Origin: Felis catus
Taxonomy: Eukaryota
DNA length: 64,000 nt
Direction of reading: 5' to 3'
Assembly: GCF_018350175.1 (NCBI RefSeq)
Contig: NC_058368.1
Coordinates: 228,720,001-228,784,000, forward strand
Shown one piece after another: positions 50,894 to 62,884 of this stretch. The translations under genes were made by a program, and so were the position numbers. The notes below the pieces were generated by a model. That model saw only the letters and a list, made by a program, of their open reading frames with translations. It made no database searches and had not been told where the DNA came from. Position 1 is the stretch's first letter. Every line of letters begins with the position of its first letter.

Positions 50894-52260
50894 ATGGGCA
50901 ATTCCCCAACCAAGGCTAATACTCCTTTGGGATGTATTCTGAAAAACTGGGATGATTTTGATCCATAAACTCTGAGAAAAAAAAAATTGTCATGGGGCTG
51001 GAGGTCCTATAGGGAACTTCCAGTTTCCTACTGTGGCCCAGGTAATTCCATTTTAAGATCCTAATTGGGAGTATGACCATCCCATTAAGAAATGGTATTG
51101 CCACCATTTCCAAGCTTGTGCTTTAGAAAAATTAAGGAGGTCTAAGGTTAAGCCCTCATATTATGCTAAATTAGCCACTATTTTACAAACACAGAATGAG
51201 AGCCAGATGGCCTTCCTGGAGAGGTTGAGGGAGGCTGTCATTAAATATATGGCTATTTCCCCTAATACCCTTCAGGCTGAGATGAATTTAAAGGACAAAT
51301 TTTTCACTCAATCACCCCTAGATATTCAAAGGAAACACAAAAATTGGCTGTTGGCCTGGAAGGGACCCTGAAGGAGCTCTTGCAAGCTGACAATCGAGTA
51401 TATTACAATTGAGATCAAAATAAAACAAGTAGGGGCGCCTGGGTGGCGCAGTCGGTTAAGCGTCCGACTTCAGCCAGGTCACCATCTCGCGGTCTGTGAG
51501 TTCGAGCCCCGCGTCAGGCTTTGGGCTGGTGGCTCGGAGCCTGGAGCCTGTTTCTGATTCTGTGTTTCCCTCTCTCTCTGCCCCTCCCCCGTTCATGCTC
51601 TGTCTCTCTCTGTCCCAAAAATAAATAAAAAAAAAAAATAAAAAAAAAAAATAAAACAAGTAAACAAATAAACAATCAAGAGAGGAGGCTTAAGAAAAAT
51701 CTGGGGCCTTAGTTGTGGCCTTATGCACTATGTCACTTCAGACTTCCTGAGGTCCTGGCACCAAATGCCACTTATGTGGGCAGTCAGGGCACGGGAAACG
51801 AGACTGCCCGCAGAAGGGACAACAGAAGTCAAAGCCCCACAAGCCATGCCCCTTGTGTGGAGACAGCCACTGGAGGTCTAAATGCCCTCGGGGACCTCCA
51901 TCTGCAAATGCTCAGATAACCTGTGTCCCCAAAAGGGACTGATGGGGCCTGGGGCCCCAACTGTCTATCTGACGCCTGGAGCCTCGGGTAACTCTGGAAA
52001 ACTCTGGTAACTAAAAGGCCAGTTCACTTCCTTGTTGATACTGGAGCCACCTTGTCTGTCCTCCTTTCCACTCCAGGCCAACCATCCAAACATAACATAA
52101 TGATTGGAGGCATCTCTGGAAAACTTATAACTAAACTTTTCTCTCATCCCCTGGGATGCATATGAGAAAAACTAATTTTTTCTCCTTTTCCTTGAGAATA
52201 CCAGAGACTCTTATGCCTTTGCTAGTAAAGGACATTATAACTGAATTAAAGACTATAGTG
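50894..52260 (+). pseudogene. Disrupted gag-pro of the older ERV (ERV9/HERV-W-like)
   Basis: MGNSPTKANTPLGCILKNWDDFDP matrix start, MHR-like ESQMAFLERLREAVIKY, two knuckle remnants (CHLCGQSGHGKRDC, CPLCGDSHWRSKC), protease FLVDTGA near 52030. Stops, frameshifts and a SINE insertion. Confidence 0.8.
51432..51647 (+). mobile_element. Young CanSINE inserted in the old ERV gag
   Basis: GGGGCGCCTGGGTGGCGCAGTCGG head, (CT)n, long A tail, 15-bp TSD AAAATAAAACAAGTA, many intact CpGs. Confidence 0.95.
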
Positions 52261-52479
52261 CTACTAACTCCAGGACAGATAAACAATTGTGTGAGTTTTT
52301 GTATATTGTAGGCTGTAGATACCAGGGTTCAGGAAAATAGCTTGCCCGTTGTACCAATTATTAAAGGGGACTCAATCCCACCTACTCTCCCAAGGAAATA
52401 AACTGGGGTCTGACTCATGGACACTGTCTCTAGCCCTCGGATGGTTACAAACTGAGCAGGGGCAATTACTATTACTGAG

Positions 52480-52890
52480 CTCACAGTTAAAGATTGTTAG
52501 AGCACTGCACCAGGCCTTTTATTTAGGGAGGGATAAAACTTATCAAATGGCCCAAAGGATGTTTACTGGGAAAAATTTGTCAAGGACAGTTCAGCAAGTA
52601 GTATCAGCTTGTGAAGTACGTCTTAGAAACAATCTTCTTAACCACAAACTTGCTCTCCCAGACAATCAAGGAACTGGAAGCTATCCGGGGTAGACTGACC
52701 ATTAGGTTTCACTCATATGCCAAGGTCAAAGGAATTGCAACATCTGTTGCTATGGGTTGGCACTTTTACTAATTCGGTAGGGGCCTTCCCCTAAAAAAAT
52801 GGAGAAGGCACAAAAAAGTAATAAAAGCTCTGCTTTATAAAATAATATCCAGGTTCAGCTTACCTAAAAGTTTGCAAATTAATAATGGTA
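52480..52890 (+). pseudogene. Integrase N-terminal/core remnant
   Basis: LHQAFYLGRDKTYQMAQRMFTGKNL...VSACEV zinc-binding region, then GSYPG..FTHMP and an NNG (SDNG-equivalent) motif. Confidence 0.75.
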
Positions 52891-54329
52891 AATGGTGCCT
52901 TGACTCTTTCTCTGGTAGGACGCCCAGCTCTTGAAAACATTTTATACCTCGAAATAAAGCAAGCTGTCTGCTTATACTCAGCAAAACTGTAAAAAAGACA
53001 CCTCACAAGCATTAGATGCTTTAAATTAAAAAAAATTAAAGTTACAGCAGATTCTTGGAGAATAGAGCCACCATTGATTACTCACTGCTCGTCCATCACC
53101 TGGGTTATGAGAGATTCCCTGACATGTGTTGTTTCCATATAACTGATAATTCTCACAGAGTTTTAGAACTGATACATGATCTTCGGGCATAATTGGATAA
53201 AGTCAGGGTCTCTCCTGGATTGTGTGACTCATTTGGGAACTGGACACATTATCTTAAGATGCCATCTTGTTGGTCAGTATAATATTTATTTTATGTTTTT
53301 CTCTTTGTGTCTGCTAATGTTTGTGCCACCGAATGGCTGACAGCCTTCCTGTAGAATCATACCATGGGCCACTCAACTGACCATTGGGTAGACTAACTGC
53401 TGTCCCCCGACACCGTCTCTTTTCAGCTTGAAGAAGCCAGAACAGTCATCTTCCCTGTTCCCTAACAGAAGTTAAGGGCCCTATTCCAGGGGGAGGAATA
53501 AATAGGGAAAGGATGAACTTTAGGCAGGGAGAGATAAGGGACCTTCAGGGAGGCAGACTGCAGCTGCAAATGGGACGCTGAAGAAGCAGATGGGGTTCTC
53601 CCCTTATGAAATCCTTTATGGGTGCCCTACCTCATTATGCTGGGCATAAGGGGGTATCTAAATGAGACAGGCAATCTAACCTTAAGGCAACAGATGCAGG
53701 CCCTTGGCTGTACTTAACCACCTGACATCACTGGGTTAGGGAGCAACTATCTGTGATTCTGACCACAGACGCTCACCCTTTAAACCAGGATATGCACTAT
53801 GGGTGAAGGAATGGAATGCCTAACCCGTAACACCCCTCTAGAGGGGCCCATTCACGGTCATTTTGTCCACCCCTACTGCAGTAAAGGTAGACGAGGTGTA
53901 TCCCTGGACTCATCACAGCAGAGTGAAGCCAGCATCTCAAGACTGGAGTGTGTTCCCGATTCATCAACGCCGTGCAAGCTGAGCAAACGGAAGAAGCAAT
54001 CTGCAACCCCAGAGGCTCCGGGAGACTGCAGCCTTGCTTCAGTCACTCTGGAAGCTGACTAATGTACACACAGCAGGAGCCTGAGGAATTGATGGTCCGG
54101 TGGAACAAACAGACTGTCCTTATCTTCTATGTCTGTTTCCGTACCGTGATGCACTGTCACCCCTTGTTTCTCACTGTTATTGTGATTCTTGCTCCACTTT
54201 TGGCCATAGGATTATCAGAGGCCGCCCCAGCTGGCCGGGAGTGTGGTGAGACATCTCTGCTAGCACTCGCCTTCCTTTTGTGGCTAGGATGCTTCGTTGG
54301 TATTAGTTGCTTCTAATCTGGACCCCATC

Positions 54330-56310
54330 TGTAGACCTAGATTCCTCATCATGTGACCCATGTATTTGCATAACCAGGTTGGGCCAAGGAGTCACTTGGA
54401 ACTTATTAAACCACACCCACTTCTGATGGCAGGGAAAGGTCCTGGGGATCTGCAGATACAATAAGACCACCTATTCTAACTGGCAACGGGAGAGTCAATA
54501 CACTTGTTTTGACCCACAGTGCCCCCCAGCGGAGGAATGGCTAGAGGTCCGGAATCACCCCAAGACCGGCAACAGCAGTGTGTGCCAACTAATTAACAAA
54601 ACTCAAATTACCAATCCAAACCGGCTGCTGTCTATATTCTTTGATATATGTACAGCCTTAGGTGACACATTGCCATATGGGTTGCCATGGGGAGGCCTGA
54701 CATGGGAAGGAGAGTACCAACTCAATGACAAATAAATGTGTGACAGGTCTGGTATATGTGGCTCCTGGTCCCAGGCACCTGAATTCTTCTGTCGGTATTG
54801 AAGCTGTGTCATGTGGGCCACCTGACAGACTAAAAACAAAACAGCCCTCCTCCAAAAGGGTGTGGCTGAGTCAAACTGTCAATCAGGACTCTATAATATA
54901 ACCCTGTTAATGTTACCATCCTTAACCCAGGAGACTCAAAATAGAAAACCAACTGCCAGATTAGTATACTTATCTATGGGCGGAGCACAGGCCCAGGAAC
55001 CTTGTTATATTTTAATAGAGTTACAGTCACACATAAGGCCACGACCCACCAAGTCTTTCATTCCTTTACAAAGAAATGGAAAAGGGCCCTTCTCCTGTCT
55101 CTGTCACAATGAAAAATATGTTTCTAGCCCTAGCAGAGACTATAGCCAGACTCCAAAGGTCTCTTCTTGTTATGTATGAGGGGGAGCTAAAATGGAGGAT
55201 CAATGGCCATGAGAAGCTAGAGAATTAGATCCCCGTGAACCTTGTAATGGAACACAATACCCCAGTCCTACTACCAGGGTTTGGCTCCTCAAAACCTCAA
55301 TTATTGGGAAAAACTGTCTTGCCTGGTGGGGAAGAAAGCTCACCGTCTCTGTTGGAAAGTTAATGTGCCTAGGCCAAATATTTTATAACTCAACTGCCTA
55401 GGAAACCCAATGGTGGGGGTCCCCAGATCACCTTGGGTCAGATTCCTCTCCCCTTGTCTACTTCTCTCATCTCTGAGAGGCCTGGGACAATGTTGATGTA
55501 GCCATCGAGTGGCAGGCCTCAGGTGGACTATACTGGATATGTGGAAGGACAGCCTGTACCGTACTTCCCTCAGGCTGGTCAGGGTCATGTGTGCTGGGAA
55601 GTATTTGTCCATCTTTCTTCCTGATCCCACTTGCCAGAGAGGAACATTTGGGAGTCCAGGTGTATGGGGACAGGGAGACTCGAAAGAAATGCCCTACAAA
55701 TTGGCAATTGGAAAGATGAGAAATGGCCTCCCAAGGGTAAAATTCAATATTATGGCCCTGCCTGCTGGGCAGAGGGTGGGTTCTGGGGGTAGCACACTCC
55801 CAGTCACATGCTAAACTGCATAATCAGACTACAAGCAATTGTCAAAATTATAACCAATGAAACTGCCAGAGCTCTTAACTTACTAGCCAAGCAGCAAACC
55901 AAATGTGCAATGCAATCTATCAAAATTGCTTGGCCTTAGATTACTTGCTTGCTTCTGAGTGAGGAGTTTGTGGAAAGTTTAACCTGAGCAACTGCTGCCT
56001 CCAGATAGATGATGAAGGAAAAGTCATAAAAGAGATCACAGATCAAATAAGAAATGTTTCTCATGTCCCAGTCCAGACCTTAAAAAGTTAGGACACGGGG
56101 GAGTTATTTGGAGGATGGTTTTCAACTCTTGGGGCATTCAAAACCTTCATGGGTATTATTCTCTTGATTTTGGGAGCTTGCTTAATCCTGCCTTGCCCAG
56201 CTCCCTGGTCTGTCTCCAACCTCATTGAGGCAATGGTCAAAAGGAAAATGGCCACACATGTGATGTCATCATGGAAATATAAACCTCTAAACCAAGATGG
56301 TGCTCTTTGA
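54330..56310 (+). pseudogene. Disrupted env of the older ERV (ERV3/HERV-E-like)
   Basis: [43 protein letters not shown]-like [26 protein letters not shown] (CX7CC), hydrophobic TM span. Multiple stops. 5' boundary approximate. Confidence 0.8.
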
Positions 56311-56345
56311 CCCAAAATAGGGGGTGTGAGCATCAAAGAGGGGAA

Positions 56346-56659
56346 TGTGGTGGAGCCCCTCCCTAAGGAACGTGGAGGAAGCTTTCTCAGAACAAAGAAA
56401 GCAATGTGCAACATGGCCCAATCAACTCCTATACACATATGCATAACTGACACAACTCTAACTTATTATCAGACTATATGAGTCACCACATATGGCAGAC
56501 AAAGAAGTAGAAATTGCATAAAGGGCTACACCCTGCTGTGCTCAGGGGCTCAGCCTTTTTGGGGTCTTAGCCCACTGAGCCCTTGCCTGCACAAATAAAA
56601 CTGCTTCCTGGAACAAAGAACCTCGCTGTCCCATCTCTCCGTGTGAGAATTCAGCTACA
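56346..56659 (+). repeat. 3' LTR of the older ERV
   Basis: Follows the PPT AAAGAGGGGAA and ends CAGCTACA, then TSD TCCT. Confidence 0.9.
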
Positions 56660-58439
56660 TCCTCAGTATCTTTTATTGAACAATGCTCTTAATTTGGTAA
56701 TAATCTTCCAAACACAAACAGATGTTCTTTGCTTTGTTCTATTTGATCCTGTCCCTACTGACATATAATAAAATTGTTTAAAGAAGGTGCCAGCTGTGGG
56801 TCATAGAGTTGGGAAAAGTTACATTTCTTCAACTTTCATTTTGTGTACTTCAAATTATAGAGGTTTGGTGAAGTTCTGATTCTTCTCTGTGAGTTCAACA
56901 TAATTAATTATATATTACACACATTAGTAGCTCAGAGTGTAATTTGAGCTTCTGGTTTCATGAACTGTGGGAATAGTTGCTTTTATAGAGAAAATATGTG
57001 AATGGATAATAAAAATATCCATCTCAAAAATGGCAAATGGTGCTTTTCTACCCTCTCAGTGTGCATTTCGTAGATTAATCTAAAATTCTTGCATTTTAAA
57101 AATAATGACATAAAACTCAGTTACATTGCTGGGAATGAAAGCATAGTTAACAAGTGTCCAACTATAGTTTATTTTATTGGAGAAGAATTTGGATATATTT
57201 TTTTAAAGTTCCCGTGGCAGTAATTATCTTAAATATAACTGTAGATAGAGTCTTTTCTAACTGAGAGAATGCTATATTTTATTTTTGTTCTTGGAAATGG
57301 GGGTATTCATTCATTGGTTCCCAAGTCTGAGAAAATTTGTTTAGAATATCATCAGCAGAAGATTCAGTCTGAATTCACTGATACAATTAATTTGACCTTC
57401 ATTATTAGAGTCTAGGGGCTGCTCTTTGTTTCTTTATACTCATCTCCTGATTCATCTAGTAATAGTATATGTTTTCTCATGTCAATTTTTAATTTTTTCA
57501 ATCATATACAGAATATGGAAAATTTTGAATTCCCAACAATGTTGGATAAAATTCAAAAATATACTACTATAAAGTCTTGTTTCCAATTTGTTTAATAACT
57601 TCTTGGAAGATTATGTAACACTTTGGGTAACACAATAAAAAAACTGATCATAACTTATTTTAGAATTTTATTATTCTTTTAGGTTATTCCATACTTTTAA
57701 ATTTTACTGATTCTTCTAGTCTTTTATACCATAGTTAGAAACAATTATGAGTCATAATGAGTAATAATGAAGTAACATTTTAAAATATAGGAAAATGTCA
57801 CTGATAACCCACAACGAATTTAAGATTTATAAAAATAAGTGTAATGAATTTGTATGGTGTTTTCAAGGTAAAAGGACTTTAATTTTATTTAAAAACATAA
57901 TTTTTTATTTCTCTTTTAAATTACTTCTGATGACAAAGAATGAAGGACTCTAATTATCAGTATGCACAAATAATTGGAAGTTCTCAAAGAAACTCTCAAC
58001 AACTAAAATTGGTACCAATAGATTCTCATAGCATTCAAAGGATTAATGAGGCCACCAGGAGTTTCCTCCTTCAATGTTACCTTCATGTTTCCCTGATTCT
58101 TTGATGCCACTTTTGATTAGAGTTGAGATAGGGTTTTTTTTTTTCCCTTGCAAGTTGTGATTTAAAACTCTATCGATTTTTCCTGCAATTTATAAAAGAA
58201 CCATGGTTGACTGTTGAATAATTGTATTCCAGTAATTAAATGGAAATTTTGATTGTCACAATATAGACCTGAACGGCCTTCCTATTCTGCAGAAAAAGCA
58301 AGAGAAAAAGCAGGGTTCTTAGTCTTTCATATACGAAGTTTCCCAAAAAACATCACCATACTAAGGGAAAATAGTAAAATAGTTCTATTCATCCTCTGTT
58401 CCCTCTTCCAATGATTTGTAAGGAATATTGTCCTTGAGA

Positions 58440-60440
58440 GAAGAAAAAAAATCTTCAAAGCACATGTCCACAAATGGTTTTGCACGTTTGCATCACAGAT
58501 TCATACATAGGTAATATGAAACAGATGAGAGCCAAAATTTAATTTAAAGTGTGCCCAGTAATGCCTCTAAATGCCTGACAGAGCAAAAAGAAACTTTCCC
58601 TGGAGAAACTCAATTTCAAACCTGACCTCAAATAATTCCCATGAAACACTTCCACAAATATAAACTCACAACCACAAATCACAAAACACACAGGGGTAAA
58701 AGTGGCATTATTCAGGACCAGCAGATAAAGTGGAAAACAGAATGAGTTCCATAACAATATCAGATATTAGAATTAGCAAATGAAATGTCAAAAAATATTA
58801 AAATATTTAAAGACATACAAGTTATTGAAAATGTATTTATAACAAGAACTACATAAAAACAAATAGGTTTGAAAAGAAACTAAAGAAAAAAATCAATAAG
58901 GTAATTGAAATCAATAGTAAGTGGAAGGGTTTAATTGTACATTAGGAGCATCTGAAGACAACATGGGTGAGTTTAAAGACAAATCTAAAGAAATTATATA
59001 GAATACAATGCAGAGAGGTGAAGAGATTTTCAAAAATGGTTTCAAGAAAATTGAAAGTCACGGTGAGAAGGACTATCACATATGTAATCACTGTTCTCGA
59101 AGAAATGGAGAGAGAGGGGAAGAGATGAAGTTAGAAGAGGTGACAAGATATTCCAAAACTGATGATATGAAACAGTATACAGAGTTTTGGAAACTCAAGA
59201 ATAACAAGCAGGATAAGTAAAGAGAATATTTTACCTAAATATATCACAGCAAAAGTTCAGATCATCAACTGGAGAATTATGTTTCCAAAAGCTTCTAGAG
59301 CAAAAAGATAGATTATCTTCAGACGCATGAGAATTATTCTTACAGCTGACTTACTTCTCAACCACAAAAATAGAATCCAGTAGACAGTGAAAAAAAAAAT
59401 ATCTTAAAGTGCTTAGGGGAGGGGAAAAAAACCCCAGAACTCAGACAGATAAAAATATCTGTCACAAATGAGAGTAATATAAAGACATTTTCAGACAAAA
59501 TTTTGAGTGTTTACCATCCAAGACCTTCTCTGTGGCAAATAATAATGGATTTTCTTAAGGCAGAAATGAAAGGGATGCTACATGGGATACCTGAAATTAA
59601 AAGAATTCAGATAAGAGAATAAAGTAGCAAATACGTTGGTAAATCGAAATGGATAAGTTGAAAAACATATCAGGCAAATACTAATCGGTAACACACCAGA
59701 AGAAAGCTGATGAAATTGTATCAAATGATAACAAATGACTCTGGGGGCAAAAAGCATCATTGGAGACAAAAGAATTCAATGCACAATAATAAGTTTCACC
59801 TTATCAGAAACATGTAACAAGTTGATGCACCTGAGGACATAGCTTATATTTATATAGGAAACTCTGGGAGAAGGACAAGTAGAAATAAACCATCCACCAT
59901 CATGGTGGGGGATTTGTCCTTATTGGCTTAATAATCAGTTGAGCAAAGGAGCCCAAAACTATCAGTAGAATCAAAGAAGATTTGAACAAACCACTAAGCA
60001 AACTAGATCTGTTGTATAAACATACAACATGAAATATGTCTGAGAATTGACTACATCCAAGGACATGAAGCAAGTCTCAAATATTTTCAAAGGAACGAAG
60101 TGCTCTGTGATTATAATGCATCTAAGTTGAAAAACAAATAAAGGTAACTGAAAATATATCATTCTTTGACATTTAGAAAAAATAAGTGAATGATCAATAA
60201 CTCCACAAACAAGAAATTATATTGTTAATTAGTAAATGTTTAGATATCAATGACATAATTTCCCTTGTCCAAACCTTGTGGGGTGCAACTAAAATGGTTC
60301 TTAGATAGAAATGTGTAGTCTTCAGTGACCAAACTAGAGAAGAAGAAAGGTTAAAAATTGGTAAGCAAAGCACTTAACTTTACGTGTTATTAAAATCAAT
60401 AAAAAAAATAAATCCAAATGAATTAGAAGTAAATCAGTAA
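58440..60440 (+). mobile_element. Ancient L1M ORF1/ORF2 5' remnant
   Basis: A-rich strand with decayed L1 motifs (ATAAAGACATTTTCAGACAAAA, ACCATCATGGTGGGGGATTT, TCTGTGATTATAATGCA, AAACCTTGTGGGGTGCAACTAAA). Confidence 0.7.
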
Positions 60441-62099
60441 CAATGAACTACTTATGTAGGGCTACGGCCTGTGTAAATGTTAAGTATTCAATCTTTTAAA
60501 CATTGCTGTGAGGTAGTCTCTATTCCCCACACTTGTGAACGTGAGCAGACTAGCTTCAGAGACTCCGATTTAGCTACTATTCCATACCCTCTCTTGACAA
60601 CGGAGATCTAACTAAATCTTAACAAAGTAGAAAGCAAGATGAAATTGAACCACATTTAGCACTGACTATTCTAAGATCAGGCTTATATTCTGCTTCGCAG
60701 GGTTTAATACACAAGTTTAGCCAAGTGATCCCTGGATGATGGGATCATCTACACCTTGAAGAACTATCCAGTGTGGACTTTCAGATAGCAGAATCTGGGG
60801 AAAGACATAAAAGGTTGATATCCTCATCTGTAAAACTGGGATAATGATGACAGAAACTACCCTATTTTGTTATTTTGGGGATTAAATGGGATGAGCTGTA
60901 CAGAATTCCTGATAATGTCTGGAATGTTAATGTACTACCTAACGATAAGATGCCATTTCAACTGGCAATCATGTGCTCGCCACATATGAATTATTGGGTG
61001 AACAATAGCTATTGCTATTCTAATTGCTTTTCTTTGTTTCTCTTCTATTATTCCATTTTAATTTTAAACATTTCTTTGATTTCAGTTGTAATCAAAATTA
61101 TTAGATTTTTATCTAATAAATGAATTCATTTTCTAAGAGGTTGGACTGATAAATTATTAACCTCTTAGGTCCAATAATGTAACTTTCTTCATTTTTCTCA
61201 TAATAACAATCATAGCAGAGTTTATATTCCTTTCAAGCAAATCCTCTGATCTAATTAACTCTATGAGATTCCTGCCCCTTTAACGTGCTTTTGAATTTTA
61301 AATAATACTCTGAGCTCATTCTTCCTTTTGACTGATGGGATTGTAATTCTATTTCTCATGCAATTTTGAATTGCATAAATTAGCAAGCCATTATTAAATA
61401 TTTTATACCTTGATTGTGCATCTTTATTTTCAAGGGCTTAAACATCTCTGATGTGTTTTTAAATTCAACAAATATTATTTGTTCTTTTGCTCATGACAGG
61501 AAAATATTTCATAAGAGCTTGCAAAACAAATTATAATATATTTTTGGGTTGGGGCAATATTCTTGTAGATTTTAATAGAATATATTGAGAGGAGCTATTC
61601 ATTTTTCTAGCAAAAGTGAATTTATGCAGGAAGTTGAGTTGGGACACTTCATCTTTTACATGAACAATATTATTATCTTGTGGTAGCCATGACAAATGTT
61701 GTAAGTCGCCATTCTGTTACTGCCTCTTGGCTTTTCGTGATGCTTCTTCATTCTTAATCCCCTTCTTTAGTGCTTTGTCCTCAGCATTGATGAAAAAGTG
61801 TGGTCTGATAAATCCCTTCAAGTGGTCTCACAATAAGATTCTTATCATTAACTTGGTAAATAAGTTACAGCATTCACTTAGGGAGTTTGCCCAGCACATG
61901 CCATACTGTTTTTTTAGGATTTTATGACTCCAAGAGTCAAAATCCTTCCCAAAATTTGCCCCTGTCCAGTTGTCATGGCTCTCCTCTATTAAGTCTCCCT
62001 AAAGATTTGACTAATAATACTTTAATCCTTTCATGTTATTATTCAAAAGATAACCACACATCATAATACTCAAAGTGACACATTATGTTGTGACTCACT

Positions 62100-62790
62100 T
62101 TTCTGCTTTTTTTACTGATGTAATTTATATAAAGTAAAATTCATCCTTTGTAATGAATATTTTTGTGATTTTTTTTAATGTATTAGTTATATAACCATGA
62201 CCACAATCAAACTATAAAACAGTTCTGATAACCAAAGTTTCCATACCCTCTTATTTGTAAAATTCTCATTCCCTACTTCCTGGTAACTACTAATCTGTTT
62301 TCTGTCCTGATAATTCTGTCTCTACAAGAATGATGAACAAATGGAAACACATGAGGTAGCATTTCAGATCTGTCCTTTTTCTATAAGCATAGTGCGTTTG
62401 ATTTATCAGTAGCTCATTTCTTGTGATTTCTGAGTACTATTTCACTGTATGAATTACCACTTCATCAGTTTCCATGTTGAAGTCCCATTCGGGCTCTTTC
62501 AAGTGTGTGCCAATTACAAATAAAGCCACTGTAAGCATTCTCATTTAGATTGCTTTGTGTAGACATAGACCGCCATTATATGTTTAAGGTTTTTTGATTT
62601 TTTTCGGTATAATTTTTATTTTAAATCAGTTTTATTTAGATCAGTTTTAGACTAACAAAAAATTGCAAAGATAGTCGAGATACCTCAAACTCGTTTTCCC
62701 TTTAAGATCTTACTTCAGAATGGCATGTTTGTTATAATTAATAAACCTATATTGACATCTTATTATTACCTAGGTTACCTAATATATTTA
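62100..62790 (-). mobile_element. Old L1M 3'UTR fragments
   Basis: CCTGGTAACTACTAATCTGTTTTCTGTC, ACAAATAAAGCCACTGTAAGCATTC, AAAATTGCAAAGATAGT. Confidence 0.65.
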
Positions 62791-62810
62791 GATTTCTTAT
62801 ATTTTTCATG

Positions 62811-62884
62811 GAAAGAAATTCCATGGTCGGTTAATATGAAGAGATTAAAACCTCTTCATATTAACCGACCATGGAATTTCTTTC
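62811..62884. repeat. Perfect inverted repeat, 33-bp arms with 8-nt spacer
   Basis: GAAAGAAATTCCATGGTCGGTTAATATGAAGAG, spacer ATTAAAAC, then the exact reverse complement. Confidence 0.97.

Larger units (their letters stand above)
48659..56659 (+). mobile_element. Older degenerate class I ERV, RT-deleted mosaic
   Basis: Related but diverged LTRs at 48659-49023 and 56346-56659 (TGTGG...CTACA, AATAAA). TSD TCCT at 48655-48658 and 56660-56663. Degenerate tRNA-Pro-like PBS at 49029-49048, PPT at 56335-56345, disrupted gag/pro/IN/env. Confidence 0.9.

Noticed and set aside
54062..54316. Hydrophobic 84-aa ORF before the old env as an accessory gene
   Set aside because: It lies in a heavily mutated element and cannot be told apart from chance or decayed leader sequence without a family consensus.
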